Source: Podospora anserina
Lineage: Eukaryota
Length of the DNA: 64,000 nt
NCBI GenBank assembly: GCA_017654855.1
Contig: CM030336.1
Span: 3,658,001-3,722,000, forward strand
Direction: 5' to 3'
Shown one piece after another: positions 38,791 through 50,940 of the stretch. The position numbers were made by a program, and so were the translations under genes. The first letter of the stretch is position 1; each line of letters starts with the position of its first letter. Below the pieces are notes generated by a model. The model ran no database searches, was not told where the DNA came from, and saw nothing but the letters and a program-made list of their open reading frames with translations.

Positions 38791-40512
38791 ATGAACGGAA
38801 CCAACGGGGTCAAGAAGCAGACCCTCGACAGGGCATCCGAGGTGGAACATGTGAGTTGTCCATCTACAATGTAAACGTGTCGATTGCAAAAGCTAATCAT
38901 GTGCTTGTGCTGTGCAGCTCATTGATGCTGTGAAATCCTTAATCATCCCCTTCATTCAGGCCGCCGATGATGCTGTGCCATCCAGGGCTGCCGGGGAACT
39001 GCTCCCAAACAGGAACGGTGTCGTCCGCAATGCCCTAGTCGAGTCCAAGGGACCGGAAGAGCTGGTCAAGGAATTGGCCTTGTCTCTCCCTCAAGTAGGC
39101 CGTGGCGAGGAGGGTCTCTTACAGACGATCCAAGATGTCCTCAAGCACAGCGTCAACACCTGGGACCAGGGGTTCATGGACAAGCTGTATGCCAGCACCA
39201 ACCCCGTATGTTGCTGCTCTAAAACTTTTGTTCGTCAGTCATCTAACTCGGTTACACAGGTCGGTGTTATCTCCGAGCTCGTCCTCGCCGTCCTCAACAC
39301 AAATGTAAGTTGTCTCCCTCTCATCTCACCCATCATCCATCCATTCCTAACCCCCCCTCCCAGGTCCACGTCTACCAAGTCTCCCCAGCCCTGGCAGTAA
39401 TAGAAAAGCACACCGCCAAAACCTTCGCCTCCCTCTTCGGTTTCAACGGTCCCCGCGCCGGCGGCGTAACCTGCCAAGGCGGCTCCTCCTCCAACCTCAC
39501 CTCCATAGTCATCGCCCGCAACACCCTCTACCCCGAATCCAAACTCAACGGCAACTCCGCCGCCCCCAACGGCCCCTTTGTCTTGTTCACCTCCTCCCAC
39601 GGTCACTACTCGGTCGAAAAAGCCGCCGTAACCTGCGGCTTCGGTTCCTCCTCAGTCTGGACCGTCCCCGTCGACGCCAGCGGCAGGATAATCCCCTCTG
39701 AACTCCGCCGCCTCGTCCAAAAGTCCCTCGACCAAGGCCTCACCCCCTTTTACGTCAACGCCACCGCCGGCACCACCGTCTTGGGGAGCTACGACCCCTT
39801 TGAGGAAATCTCGGCCGTCTGCAAGGAGTTCAACCTCTGGATGCACATCGACGCCTCGTGGGGCGGCCCGGCCATCTTTTCCGCCGCTCACAAGCACAAG
39901 CTTGCCGGCAGTCACCTTGCCGATTCCCTGACTGTGAACCCGCACAAGATGCTCAACTGTCCGGTTACGTGCTCGTTTCTGCTGGGGCCGGACATGTCGG
40001 TTTTCCACAAAGCAAACACCCTTCCGGCGGGGTACCTCTTTCACAGCTCGGCTCCGTCTGACGTGTGGGATTTGGCGGATTTGACGCTCCAGTGCGGGAG
40101 GAGGGCTGATTCGCTCAAGCTGGCGCTGGCGTGGATTTACTACGGGGCGGAGGGGTTTGGGAGGCAGATCGAGGCTGCTTTCGAGCTGGCGGCGTATTTT
40201 GCCGGGTTGCTGGAACGGAGCGGGAACTTTGTGCTGGTTAGTGAGAACCCGCCGCCGTGCTTGCAGGTTTGTTTTTATTATGCGCCTGGGGGGAGGTTGA
40301 GGGGGACCGGGGAGGGGAACACGGAGGTCACGAGGGGGATGGTGGAGAGGTTGGTGAGGAGGGGGTACATGGTTGATTACGCGCCGGATGTGAGCAAGGA
40401 GAGCAGGGGGAGCTTCTTTAGGGTGGTGGTTAATGCTCAGACGTTGAGGGGGACGGTGGAGGGGTTGGTGAAGGGGTTGGAGGCGGTGGGGAGGGAGGTG
40501 GTGCCTCAGTAG
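38791..40512 (+). CDS. Group II PLP-dependent decarboxylase (glutamate/aspartate/cysteine sulfinate decarboxylase-like); introns 38851-38917, 39206-39260, 39305-39363
   Basis: SVNTWDQGFMDKLY, NTN|VHVYQVSP, GGSSSN, HYSVEKAA, ATAGTTVLGSYDP, WMHIDASWGG, NPHKML (PLP lysine), TLQCGRRADSLK. Confidence 0.93.
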
Positions 40513-40951
40513 AGGGTGGGATGCGCGATCAGACGAGGGGTAGATGGGTGTGGTGTGTAGAGGAAAGATAAGGGGTAGATGGATGTGCTTGACAGGTCTA
40601 TTTGAGGGCCTGGTAGATAGATACCTTGCAAGAGGAACCATAGCGGATTTGGGAAACAGGGTGGCAGATAGCTGCAAACAATCATGGAGCAAAACGGAGG
40701 TATGCTTGAGGGGGAGCCGTAAAGCTACCCCTCATTGTTCGTTACCCACTCACCAAATCGGTGCCTCTTTTGCAGGTAAGTAGGTGCCACTTGTTTACCT
40801 TTCAAAATATCGACTCCTCGACTTCCCATCTCTTGCGACTTTCATCACCCAAACCTTTCTCCTCCCAACACCACGACCTTCAGCCCTTCCTGACCCAGCA
40901 AGCCTTGATCTCAAATCGACTCGCATTGTCTGTCCTCTGCCACGTCAGTGG

Positions 40952-41470
40952 ATGATGGCTTCAACAATTCCCAGTAGGCTCACCAGGGTTGGATGGCCTC
41001 TGGTGAGACCTCCAAGCTTCCGACCATCGCTGCGAGCGCACATCGTCCCGAAAATCAGCCGCTTGGCTGCCGTGTAAGTGAATGTCTATGTGTAGGGGAC
41101 GACGAGAAGATGCTGACAAAGCAGAATTAGCAGACCTGGCATACTGGGCAGAACAACAGCAAACACTCTCTTTTCCGCCACTTTTCTCCGGCCGCTTCAC
41201 CACAGCGTCTCCCACAGCAGTGCCTGTGACTTCAACAGCCCTTGCCGCTGCTCTGGTTGCATGAAGGACAACCGGCAACCCTATTGCGAGATTTGCAAAG
41301 TTAACCCTACTGCTCACCAAGACGCAGCATTTGCCCGAGACCGGAAGGGTATTTCCGGCTACAGTTTCACTTCCTACTGTGATCAATGCTGGGAGGGAAA
41401 AACTAAAACTGGGAAAAGCAGCGGTTCGAGAGAGAGTGGAGACAGAAACAGGGCGACGACGCAGTGTTGA
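40952..41470 (+). CDS. Spliced Cys-rich hypothetical protein, possibly truncated by frameshifts (pseudogene candidate); intron 41074-41130
   Basis: Exon 1 MMASTIPSRLTRVGWPLVRPPSFRPSLRAHIVPKISRLAAV joins in frame through GTAAGT..GCTGAC..TAG to RPGILGRT...HSSACDFNSPCRCSGCM...CEIC...DRKGISGYSFTSYCDQCW. Confidence 0.6.
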
Positions 41471-42566
41471 GCACGAAAGAGGCACAATCATGCGAATGGA
41501 GCCGGGAGAAGAAACGTCAGTTTTCGACAGTAATAGCAAAGACATCTCCTTGATGGCCTTCGGGAGGAACTCTTGATCACAAAGGTCCGCGGGAGGCATG
41601 TGTGTGACGAGAAACGGGTTGATACCATTCGACTTTAAATCATGGATACAAGATGCGATGATGATCATTGTCGGATTGGCGCGTGTGGGCGTCTTGTGGG
41701 GAAATGAACTACACTTCCATGTTGATGCATAGATGGCAGCTGGTTTGGGAGTGTCGAAGGGGTGTCTTGTAGACGTAAGAGGAAGATTCGAGGTACAACC
41801 GATAGCTAAGACCTTATAGGCCAGGTTGAATGAAGGGTTCTTGCTTACAGACCATGAAGAAAATAGTAGGCACACGGATTGGAAGACAGTAAGTTCACGA
41901 CACGGCTTTCACGAGATCAGATGGACATCAAACATGATCCCCCAGATCTCCCGCCAAGCCAAACCGTGATGGGCGAGCGGGTCAACTCAGGTGTGTTTGC
42001 CAATCTTGGCTGTTGTATGGATATCAAGACACCAAAGTGGTGGCACGCTTTGTCGAGAGAGAAGCGGACACCAGAGCTGGGGATTGAAAAAAGGTGGGGA
42101 GGAGGTGGGTGTGTGAAAAGCAAAGAGTGGACAAGATGGATATTTAATCTGTGGTTGCTTCTGGTTGGAAGGGCGGGATTTTGCTTCATGAGGACCGGTA
42201 TCCAAGAGAGTAACAGGTATGGCGACCAGACCAGACAGTTGAGATTCTTCATGATGGAACAAAACAAAACTTGAGTAGACTTGGACTGTGATCATCCGTC
42301 TATTTCGCGAGAAAAGCAGCCGAGAGAATGACCACAACTGCAGTAGCAAAGCCGACGAATGCTGTGTGTTGTCTGAGGACTTACAAGCCCCCCCACCGCG
42401 CAAACATCATCCCCCCAAAACCCCGTGTCACCCCTAACCTTCCCAAATCCCAAACCTAAACCCATTTCCCAGCGCCAAATCCCATGCATGTCACATCATA
42501 ACCCCGCCGTAGCTATATCACTTGCATCATCATCCCCCCAAACTCGTCTATTCCCCATCTGGCCAT

Positions 42567-43418
42567 CTATTCCCTCCCCTGCTGCTCCTCAACCCACTCC
42601 CTCCACTCCTTGTAACCCTCATACTCCAACTTCTCCTTCCGCCCCTGATACCTCACAACCCTCAAATCCACCCCCTCCCACCCCTCCCCCCTCCCCGACC
42701 ACCCGGCCTTCCTCATCAAGCTGACCAACGTCTCCTCCTTTGTCCACCCCTGCTCGGTAGCCACGTCGGGCAAATACGTAGCCCCGTACCGTCTCCCCCG
42801 TTCATAAAAACTGATCCTGATCCCGTGCTTCCCCAGCTCCCAATCCATCTTATCCTTTGCATCCTCAAAGTCCGTGAGCAAGGTAACAGCAACCTGCAGC
42901 TTTGGCAGCTCCGACAGCGAAATCGGATGGAACCTGCTGTCCTGCAGGGCCGAAATCAGCGCGTAAGAGGAGAGCCCTGTGGCGAGGGGTTGGGGTTCGA
43001 ATGTGCCGATGCAGCCGCGGAGGACGTACCCGTGGCGGGGGTGGTTCGTGTTCCAGGTTATGAAGAGGGGGCTGCTGGAAGCGACCTCTTCTCCTTCTGG
43101 GGGCGCAGGGGAGGAGGAGAGGGATGTTGCTGGGGTTGAGGAGGTTAGGGAGAGGGAGCTCGAGGAGGAGGAGGACGTGGACGAGGAAGATGAGGCTGCC
43201 AGCCGGCGGAGGGCGGGGGATTGTTTAACTGCTGCTTCGCTGCTGCTGCTGCTGCTGCTGCTGCTTGCCTCGGATGATGTTGTTGCTGCTGCTGGTGTTG
43301 TTGAGGAAATGTATTCGGCCCATGATTTCTTGATTTGGTCGAGGGTCATGGGCTTGCGGCCTTGGAGCTCGGCGGCTAGGGTTTCGAAGCAGTAGAGGCA
43401 GTGTTCGACTGATGCCAT
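42567..43418 (-). CDS. AMMECR1 family protein
   Basis: CLYCFETL, PLFITW, LRGCIGTF, SALQDSRFHPI, WELGKHGIRI, ATYLPDVATEQGW, RYQG. Confidence 0.96.
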   Translation of the reverse strand: MASVEHCLYCFETLAAELQGRKPMTLDQIKKSWAEYISSTTPAAATTSSEASSSSSSSSSEAAVKQSPALRRLAASSSSSTSSSSSSSLSLTSSTPATSLSSSPAPPEGEEVASSSPLFITWNTNHPRHGYVLRGCIGTFEPQPLATGLSSYALISALQDSRFHPISLSELPKLQVAVTLLTDFEDAKDKMDWELGKHGIRISFYERGRRYGATYLPDVATEQGWTKEETLVSLMRKAGWSGRGEGWEGVDLRVVRYQGRKEKLEYEGYKEWREWVEEQQGRE

Positions 43419-45289
43419 TTTGGGTGGTTATTGCTTTGTTGTTGTTGTTGTTGTTGTTTTTGTTGTTTTTTGTTTGTTTCTTGTTTGTTCGTTTTTTGTT
43501 TGTTTTTTGGGTATTTCTGACGGCGGTTAGAAACTGACGACGAAAAAAAAAAGAGGAAACATATAAGTTTCCGGCCCGCCGTCAGGGCCCAAAATCAAGA
43601 AAGCTGCTGGCGAAGGCGGTGGCACATCCGGACGGTTTCCAGGAGAGGCGGGGGAATGGAGGGGGCAATCGATCCGGGGAGTGGTGGATAGAGACTAGAC
43701 CAGAGAGGGGGGGGGCGTTGCAGTTCAACAGCTGGGAGACACACACTGCCGTGACAGGGGCGGTACTCGTAGCCGCCAGCCCCACCCATGGAATTTTGTT
43801 TCTCGGGACGACTCGGTCCAGTGTTCCCACGCGCGCGCTGAAGTTGGCCAGCTGCCGGTCGTCACTTGTTGTGTCCAGCGGTAATTTCTTCCCACGGGTG
43901 TTATCGTGATCTGTTGACCTGGAAAAGTTGGGATGAATCTAGGAACTTCTGGTTGTTTGAGCGCAATGACGAAGGGAGAACCTTGATGTCCACCAGCGGG
44001 TCTTCTGGCAGACTCCACACTCTCTGACGCACCCCCGTCATGCATTTGGCCATGCGTCGTCAAGATGTGGTTGGAAATGCTCTTTTGCTTGTGTTTAAGT
44101 AAGTAAACTATCTATACCTGCAATCGGCAGCTGTCGCCTTTATGTTCTGTCTCATCACAAGACCCTTTGTCTCTCTACAGTCGGGTCCAACAAGAGCCCA
44201 TCACCTACCTCATTTCCCGAGGCGACCACAAACAATGGCCCTCGACTAGGCCAGCACGTGGTCGATTGGTCGATCCATCCGGCCTCTCAGCTTCTGATGT
44301 CACAAGAGAGCAGCTGAGAGCTTCTGATGTTGAGGGGTTGATAACAGCAGCGCCAAAGTCTTGAAACAAGGGGAAAGCTCCGACACCTGTCCACCAGCTG
44401 TCTCTTGGAAACACCTCGACTGCCAGTTCTCCATCATCTTTGCAGGTGCTTGTCATTGCTGAGCACCGGCGCACGCACAGGGCAGGGAGCTCTGGCAAAG
44501 CTGTGCGATGCTGCGGCACACAGACACGGGAGCCCACTCCGCCATCTGGAACGTCCCAAGCCCGGCTCGCCCGTCTTCCGGCAGCTCTTCCCAGCTTCGG
44601 CGTCCCTTTTGCCAATGCAACCCCCCGAAGCGGACACACTGCCGGTTTCAACCCCTGGATCAGAAAAGCTTCATTCCCCTAGCTCCCTTTTCGACGTCGC
44701 TTTGTTTCGTGCCATTCGCAACAAGCTTAACGGCTTGACAACGAGAGGCTAGCAACCGGCCCTTCCAAGAAGGTCTAGATTCAGCGCCTGGACCGGCGCT
44801 TCCAGATGTCTTGGGAGATATGGTATCTTCTGTTGACTTGATACTCGCATCCCCAGCAGCACATCCCAAAGAGCAACCCCCGGCTTACTTACCCCGTGTT
44901 TGCCATGAAGCCCTCGTCTCAAGTATGTACTTGTTTGGATTCACGGGTGTGGCGCATGCTGATTAGGGGGGGAGATCTGTGAACAGATCTCCTTATGTAC
45001 CGCTTGCCCCCTTCTGAAACACACGGCTCGTCCATCAACCATCGTGGATCCTGATCTGCCACCAAAGAAAATACAAATATCAATGCCGTTGCTCCCCTCC
45101 CCGATCCCGTGTCTTGTCCCTTTCCTCTCTCCATCCCGCTAGCTTGTTCAACCTTTTGGCCGTGTTTTATTTTCCGTCTTCTTCTTCATCTTCAAGTCTG
45201 CATATTTTCATCTGCTCGTCGCCGGTCGACATTATCTTACTTCCTTTCGTCTCTCTCGACATCAACATACTCAACCAAAACCAGTCAAC

Positions 45290-45550
45290 ATGAAGTTCAT
45301 CGCCGCCGTCCTTGCTCTGGCCACTGTTGCCTTTGCCTACCCCACCGTCAACATGAATGGTGAGTTAAGAGTCAGGAGGGGTGGTGGCAAAAATCTACAG
45401 GCAGACACGCTGACCGACTCTTATCTAGCCCCGGTCAAGCGTCAAAACATTGTCACCGCCGACGTCTCGGCCCCGGCCATGACCGATGCCTCTGGCAACG
45501 TCGTTCCGTTTGACGCCACCAGGGTTGACCAGGCCCGCCGCAAGCTCTAA
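45290..45550 (+). CDS. Small secreted protein (~63 aa spliced); intron 45360-45428
   Basis: Signal peptide MKFIAAVLALATVAFA, strong CAACATG start context, GTGAGT..GCTGAC..TAG intron, KR dibasic site. Confidence 0.8.
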   Translation: MKFIAAVLALATVAFAYPTVNMNGELRVRRGGGKNLQADTLTDSYLAPVKRQNIVTADVSAPAMTDASGNVVPFDATRVDQARRKL

Positions 45551-46312
45551 GAAGCTTCCACAAGCACACAGTAACAGCACATTGTGGGCCTGCCAAACAC
45601 CAAACATGACGGCCCAGCACAACACATATAATGAACGGCTCTACTTTACGACTCTTTGATTGGGGGAAAACAATGGGAAACGGAACTTTATCGGAAAGGA
45701 AGGGGATAGGAGGGGGGAACTGCCACAACATCTTTATCTTTCAGCGCCGGATAACAGGAACCTCTCTGGGCAGATTTATTCTTTTGGCTTGCTTGCTTTT
45801 TGGGGTGGATGTTTTGGGGGAAAATAAAACACATTTTTTTCTTGGCCTTTTTTTGGCGGGGGCATCACTTCATTATATCCTAACCTGAACTCCTTGCTCC
45901 GTGAACCAAAAATCATCGACAAAACTCCTGGTATCCAAAACAAACCTCCTCCCAGCCTCACCTCAACAACCCATCCCTATCCCCCTCCCTCCTCCTCCCT
46001 GCATCCTCCCCCTCCTCAGCAATCACCTCGGTCCTCCAACTCTGCTGCCTAGAAACATGAATCTCCGGCAAAGCCATGTGCACCACCCCCGCGTTGCGCA
46101 CCACGCTGCCACTTCGCCCGGTCATGCTGCTGCTCGGACTGACATCACTCCCTACTTGCCCGCCAGCAGTCCAACCAAGCTCCCCGCTCGGCGCCCTGTC
46201 AATCTCCCTCTTCAACCCGGTCCCACTGGGCGAGATCTCTCTGACTGTGACACCCGTCCTGCCTGACGCCACCCAGCCGTGTTGTTCAGAACTGAGGTGA
46301 CCGGTCTGGGAT

Positions 46313-47043
46313 TCACATGACGTGTCCCACTTTGCCCCCCACTGACACGACGATCCTCACTCTCCACCGTCCTGGCGTAATCATACCTGTAACTGGCACT
46401 ATCCCGATCATAAGGCTTGACAATCCCCGTGATCCTCCCCCGGCTCCAGCCATAAAAATCCCCGGTTCCGCACGCTTAACCTCGTCAGTGAGGTGATATT
46501 GTTCGTATTTTCTCGATTCCCTGTGCTTGAGGACCGCGTACGCAAACGAAGACAACGAAGCAGCAAGAAGACCACAGTCAAGACTGAGCCCGATGGTGGG
46601 GTAATGCCCATCTAGCTGTCGCAAATGGGCTACAACATCGAGACCCAACACGGCAAGCGAGAGCACAAGTTTGACGAGGTTGGTGGAGAGGAGGAGGAAG
46701 GGGGTGAGGCGGGAGGTGATGAAGCGCGCCAGTTCGAGGATTGTGAGGAGGAGGGAGAGGAGGTTGAAGAGGATGTTTGTTGCTTCCCATCTACGCGTTG
46801 CGAGCAAAATGTTAGATGGTAATGGGCGGGAGGGGGGCAGACATACACTACTTCTACCATGGGAATGGAACCGTTCTTTTTCTCGGCCGAGTAATGCTCG
46901 AATGTTTCTGCGAGTCGGTAGGCGAATATACCCATGAGGCAGAGGAGGATGAGGATCTGGAGGAGCCAGGAGGGGAAAAGGAGTGAGCGGCGCCACCGGG
47001 AGCGGTCGTGTTGGAAGGCTTCGAGGTCGAGTTTGTTGACCAT
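46313..47043 (-). CDS. Four-TM hypothetical membrane protein; intron 46846-46791; 3' end uncertain (may extend to 45958)
   Basis: MVNKLDLEAF..WRRSLLFPSWLLQILILLCLMGIFAYRL | WEATNILFNLLSLLLTILELARF..LTPF; four hydrophobic segments; GTATGT..CTAAC..TAG intron. Confidence 0.72.
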
Positions 47044-47238
47044 TTTTGCCTGTTTCTACAGCTACGCGACGACAATATCCAAAGCAATGATATTCGACAA
47101 AACTCTCAAGTTCTCCAAAGTCTTGTTATCCCATTCCAATTCATAAATAAAAAACCCTCTCAAAATCCCAGCCGCGAGATGGTTGGGGGGGGGGAAGGGA
47201 GGGGGGCAGGAACAGAAAAGTCCAACAAAGTATCAGGC

Positions 47239-47291
47239 TGATGCTGTTGCTGCTGCTGCTGATGCTGCTGATGCTGCTGATGCTGCTGCTG
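47239..47291. repeat. (CTG/ATG)n trinucleotide repeat; (GAA)n follows at ~47428-47455
   Basis: Directly visible tandem triplets in intergenic DNA. Confidence 0.85.
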
Positions 47292-48106
47292 TGCTTTGCC
47301 CGTGGCCGTATGTTTGATGGCTATCAGGCTTATGTCGTGTCGTCGTCGGGTTCCGACGTTTGGTTTCGCACAATTCTCCCAATAATTCGCAAACAAAAAG
47401 CTTCATCCAATATATTCATCAAGAAAGAGAAGAAGAAGAAGAAGAAGAAGAAGAAAAGAAAAAGAAAACCCAAAAAGACGAAGCGACTCACACACGCCCG
47501 AGAGGCTGCCTCAGCTTCTGCTCAGCCCTCAATCCGCCCGCCATCTTATTTAACATCACTCACCACCCCACCACGTCCCCTTGACCGACAGCTGCTGCAC
47601 GTCTTTCTTTTGCTCTTCTCCAATTAAACAGCTCAGCCCCTCCTTCCGAAAGCGCGTCGTCGTCCTCTGCCTACTAGCCTGAGCCTTTTTCCCCTCTTCG
47701 AGCCCAACGGCTGAGGGGTTGCAGATGTCGGTCACCTCATCATCAGGTGCGTCAAGCTCTGTTGTCAGTCCACAGCGCCCCCAGAAGGCTGTGAAGAAAG
47801 CAGAGTCGACCTTGACTTGCCTGGAGGCCGTTGATTGGGCTGATCGCGGTGGAGTTGGCCGCTTTGGGGTAATGTGGCTTACACTGTGGGCGGATCCGGG
47901 GCTGTCGGGTTGGCGCGGGGGTTTATTTTGGGGTAGCACTGCGAGGGTTATGCATTGGAAAGGTATTTTGTGTATAATTATTTGAGATTTTCTACTGTTC
48001 TTCGCTGGGAGCAATGACCGAGCATTAAGAGATCCTCAAGACTGACAGACCATTCCACGGCGCGCTGGAATGGTTCCGAGATCTGGGCCGGCTCTTTGTC
48101 CTCCTC

Positions 48107-50572
48107 CTACTGGGTAGCATCAGCATAATAATTCTCCCACGAAAACCAGTCAAACGTCGCCTCCAACGGCCTCTTGACACCCCTATTCTGCTGCTGCTGC
48201 TCCTCCTCCTCCTCCTCCTCCTCCTCCTCCTCCTCCTCTCCCGCCGTCCCATCACCAACACCAAAGTCGATATCTCCTGGAAATCCCATGGGCTGGGGCA
48301 CCCAACTGAGGAACCTGTCGATATCAACACCCTCTAGTGAGAAGAAGTCTTGCTGGTCAGGCATCACCATCCCAGGGGGGTGCTGCGAGAGGTCCGGTTG
48401 GTCCTGCGGTTGGGAGAAGTCCGTCGGGTGAGTGACATCCTCCTGCAATGCAGAACTGAACGGCATACTTCCAGTTGTTTCGGCCACGTGCCTTCTCGCC
48501 AGCCTCAAGAATATCTCGGCCGTTTTTTGCAGCTTGGCCGTCAAATCTCTGAGGAGAGTGAGCAGCGGCTGCAGAGCAATGATGTACTCCACCACCGTCT
48601 CGAGCAGTCTGAGGTCGGAAGGCACTGTTTCCGCTCTGGGGTTGGTGACGATATGCCCGAATACCACGAAGAAGGGGGTGAACGGGTAGTAGAGGAGATG
48701 CCTTGTCTCTGTCAGCTTGGATCCCGACCCTGTTGAAAGACAAATACGCACCATATAACCCCGTTGTAAACCGGATCCCACCCCGAAATCGTCATGGGCA
48801 AAATCCCAATCGCCTGCCTCGCGCTCTCCACCCTCAACCCCCGATCCCCCGGCGAGTCCTTTGTCAGAATAATCAGCACATGCAGATACCGAAACTTGAC
48901 CGTAAACTCATACAACCTCATCACCTTCTCCCTCTTCACATCAACCCCCGCTCCCGGCACCCCCCCTTGTCGTTCCCTCTCCACCCGCCTCCGAAACGTC
49001 TCATCCGTCTCCCTGAACCACTCCGCCAACCTCCCCTTCAAGACCTCCCTCTCCTCTTCTGTCCCCTCCCCCTTCCCCAAATACTCCAACACCCTCCCGC
49101 TCAGCTTGGCCAGCTCGACATTCCTCAGAAAGATATACCCCCCAAACTCGGCATCCACCCCCTCAACCCCCTTAGCCCTCCTCTGATCCGTCAAGTGCGG
49201 CCTGAAACCCCCAAACCACTCCCCCCTCGGCATCTCCACCCGCTCAACATCCACCCCCTCCCACAACCCAACCTGCGACCGTCCGAACGTCAAAGCACAA
49301 CACTTTTCCATGTTGTAAATCGCCCAAAACAGGGCCAAACCCCTCTGTTTTTCCTCTTCCCCTTCCCCTTCCTCTGTCCCCCCTCCCTCCCATAGTCTTA
49401 AGGCTTGCGCCATACGGCATAGGTGACTGCAGAGCATCCAGCTTACGTTTGGGCTCGCCGCGAAATCTTCCCCGTGAAAGCTGAGCATGGTGAAGGCTGC
49501 GATGTTTACCTTGCTGGGGTGGAGGTATAAAGACGCGTTTTGGAGGGCTAGGCGGACGTTGTGACGCCAGTGGGGGACGGAGGAGGGGAAGAGGGTGGCG
49601 GTTATGGGGGAGGAGAGGAGGAAGTAGTTTGCGTAGATTATCCAGCCGGGGGCCACGGTGCCGGGGGAGAAGATGATGGTCGAGAGGAGGCGAAGGGAGG
49701 GGGGGGTGAAGAAGGGGGAGGCGAAGAGGGTTAGGGGCGTGAATTCTGTTGGCGCGTCAGTGGGGGGGTGGGGGTGGGGGGGGGAATCAGAAAAGGGGGT
49801 AAATGGGGGGGGATCATACTGGAGATGATGAGGTTGCCGGTTTCGAGGGAGGGGATGATGTACTGTCTGTTGTCGTGGGGGCCGAGGTCGAGGGACATGT
49901 CGAGGCGGAAGGAGGTGAGGGTGTTGGATAGGTCGGTGAGGTTTTGGAGGGCGAGGCTGTGGTCGTTGTGATCGTCGTGGTCGTCGTGGCTGGGGATGAT
50001 GTTTCCCAAATGTGCGTTGGCTTCGTCGAGGGAGGAGATGGCGGGGGGCGTGATGGTGCATGTTGTTTTTGAGCGCGTCGATCTGTCTGTTTCGTCTGGT
50101 TGTTTTGCTGCCGGGTTTGACTCGGGCTTTGGCTCTTGGGAGCTCTTGGCCTCGGTGACAGCGAGCAGTTTTGTCACGGCGGCTGTGAGAGTCTGCAGCG
50201 TGGCCTCGATTCGGTCAAGCCGGTCAGGGAGAGAAGAGCTAACAAAGATGTTTGCTGGTTCCAGGGTTGCTGACGACGGAGCTGCCACCGGAGCTGCCAC
50301 CGGGTCGGGAAACTGCCTGGCATAGTTGCATGGCCCAGGCCATGGCTTGCAAGCGGCGCATTTGGGAAGTTCGCGGGTGCATCTGTCACTGTTAGCTTCC
50401 ATCTCTGTGCTTCTAGCCTAGAGAGATGCTGACTTTGTCTTCCTCTTCTTACAGCTCTCGCACTTGATGTTGTCAGTCATGCCAGCCCGAGTCCATCTCT
50501 CATCAGAGCATTTCTTACCGCATAGCGAGCAACCTTGGGCCGAGATTCCATCTCTGCACTTGAACTATCCAT
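48107..50572 (-). CDS. Zn(II)2Cys6 transcription factor with fungal TF middle homology region; 4 introns (50518-50463, 50433-50383, ~49818-49747, ~48749-48703)
   Basis: Splicing gives YACESCKKRKTKCTRELPKCAACKPWPGPCNY; later CRMAQALRL, LFWAIYNMEKCCALTFGR and LLYYPFTPFFVVF. Confidence 0.9.
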
Positions 50573-50821
50573 CAATTTTCCACCTCACACAATACTTCAG
50601 CCAACTCGAACATCGAACATGTTGTTGAAGCAGTCTTTGTTATGCCAAGACCGTTGGATGCCTTGTTGTGTAACCAAAGCGATCTGGCCAATCAGATCAT
50701 CGCAAGTACATGCCGTTGAGAAACAACAGCAGTCGTCCCTTGCTTTGTTGGGGAGTTGTTGACCATGGTGATTTTCTCACAACGCTTCCTTGATAAGCTG
50801 TAAAAGTATGAGATGAGTATC

Positions 50822-50940
50822 ACATACGACCATAGGCAGTTGAATACACGGGATCCCGTCCGCTCTCCCCTAGTTAAGCAATTGACCGCCAGACCAGTAC
50901 TCAGGTGGGTGACCACTGGGGAATCCCTGGTGTTGTATGT
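50822..50940 (+). rRNA. Dispersed 5S rRNA gene
   Basis: ACATACGACCATAGG...CCCGTCCGCTC..TAGTTAAGC...AGTAC..GGTGGGTGACCAC..GAATCCC..TGTTGTATGT, 119 nt, terminal stem pairs, followed by an oligo-T Pol III terminator. Confidence 0.97.

Noticed and set aside
47556..48014. 152-aa minus-strand ORF downstream of the Zn2Cys6 gene
   Set aside because: TTG start, no motif, no supporting splice structure identified.
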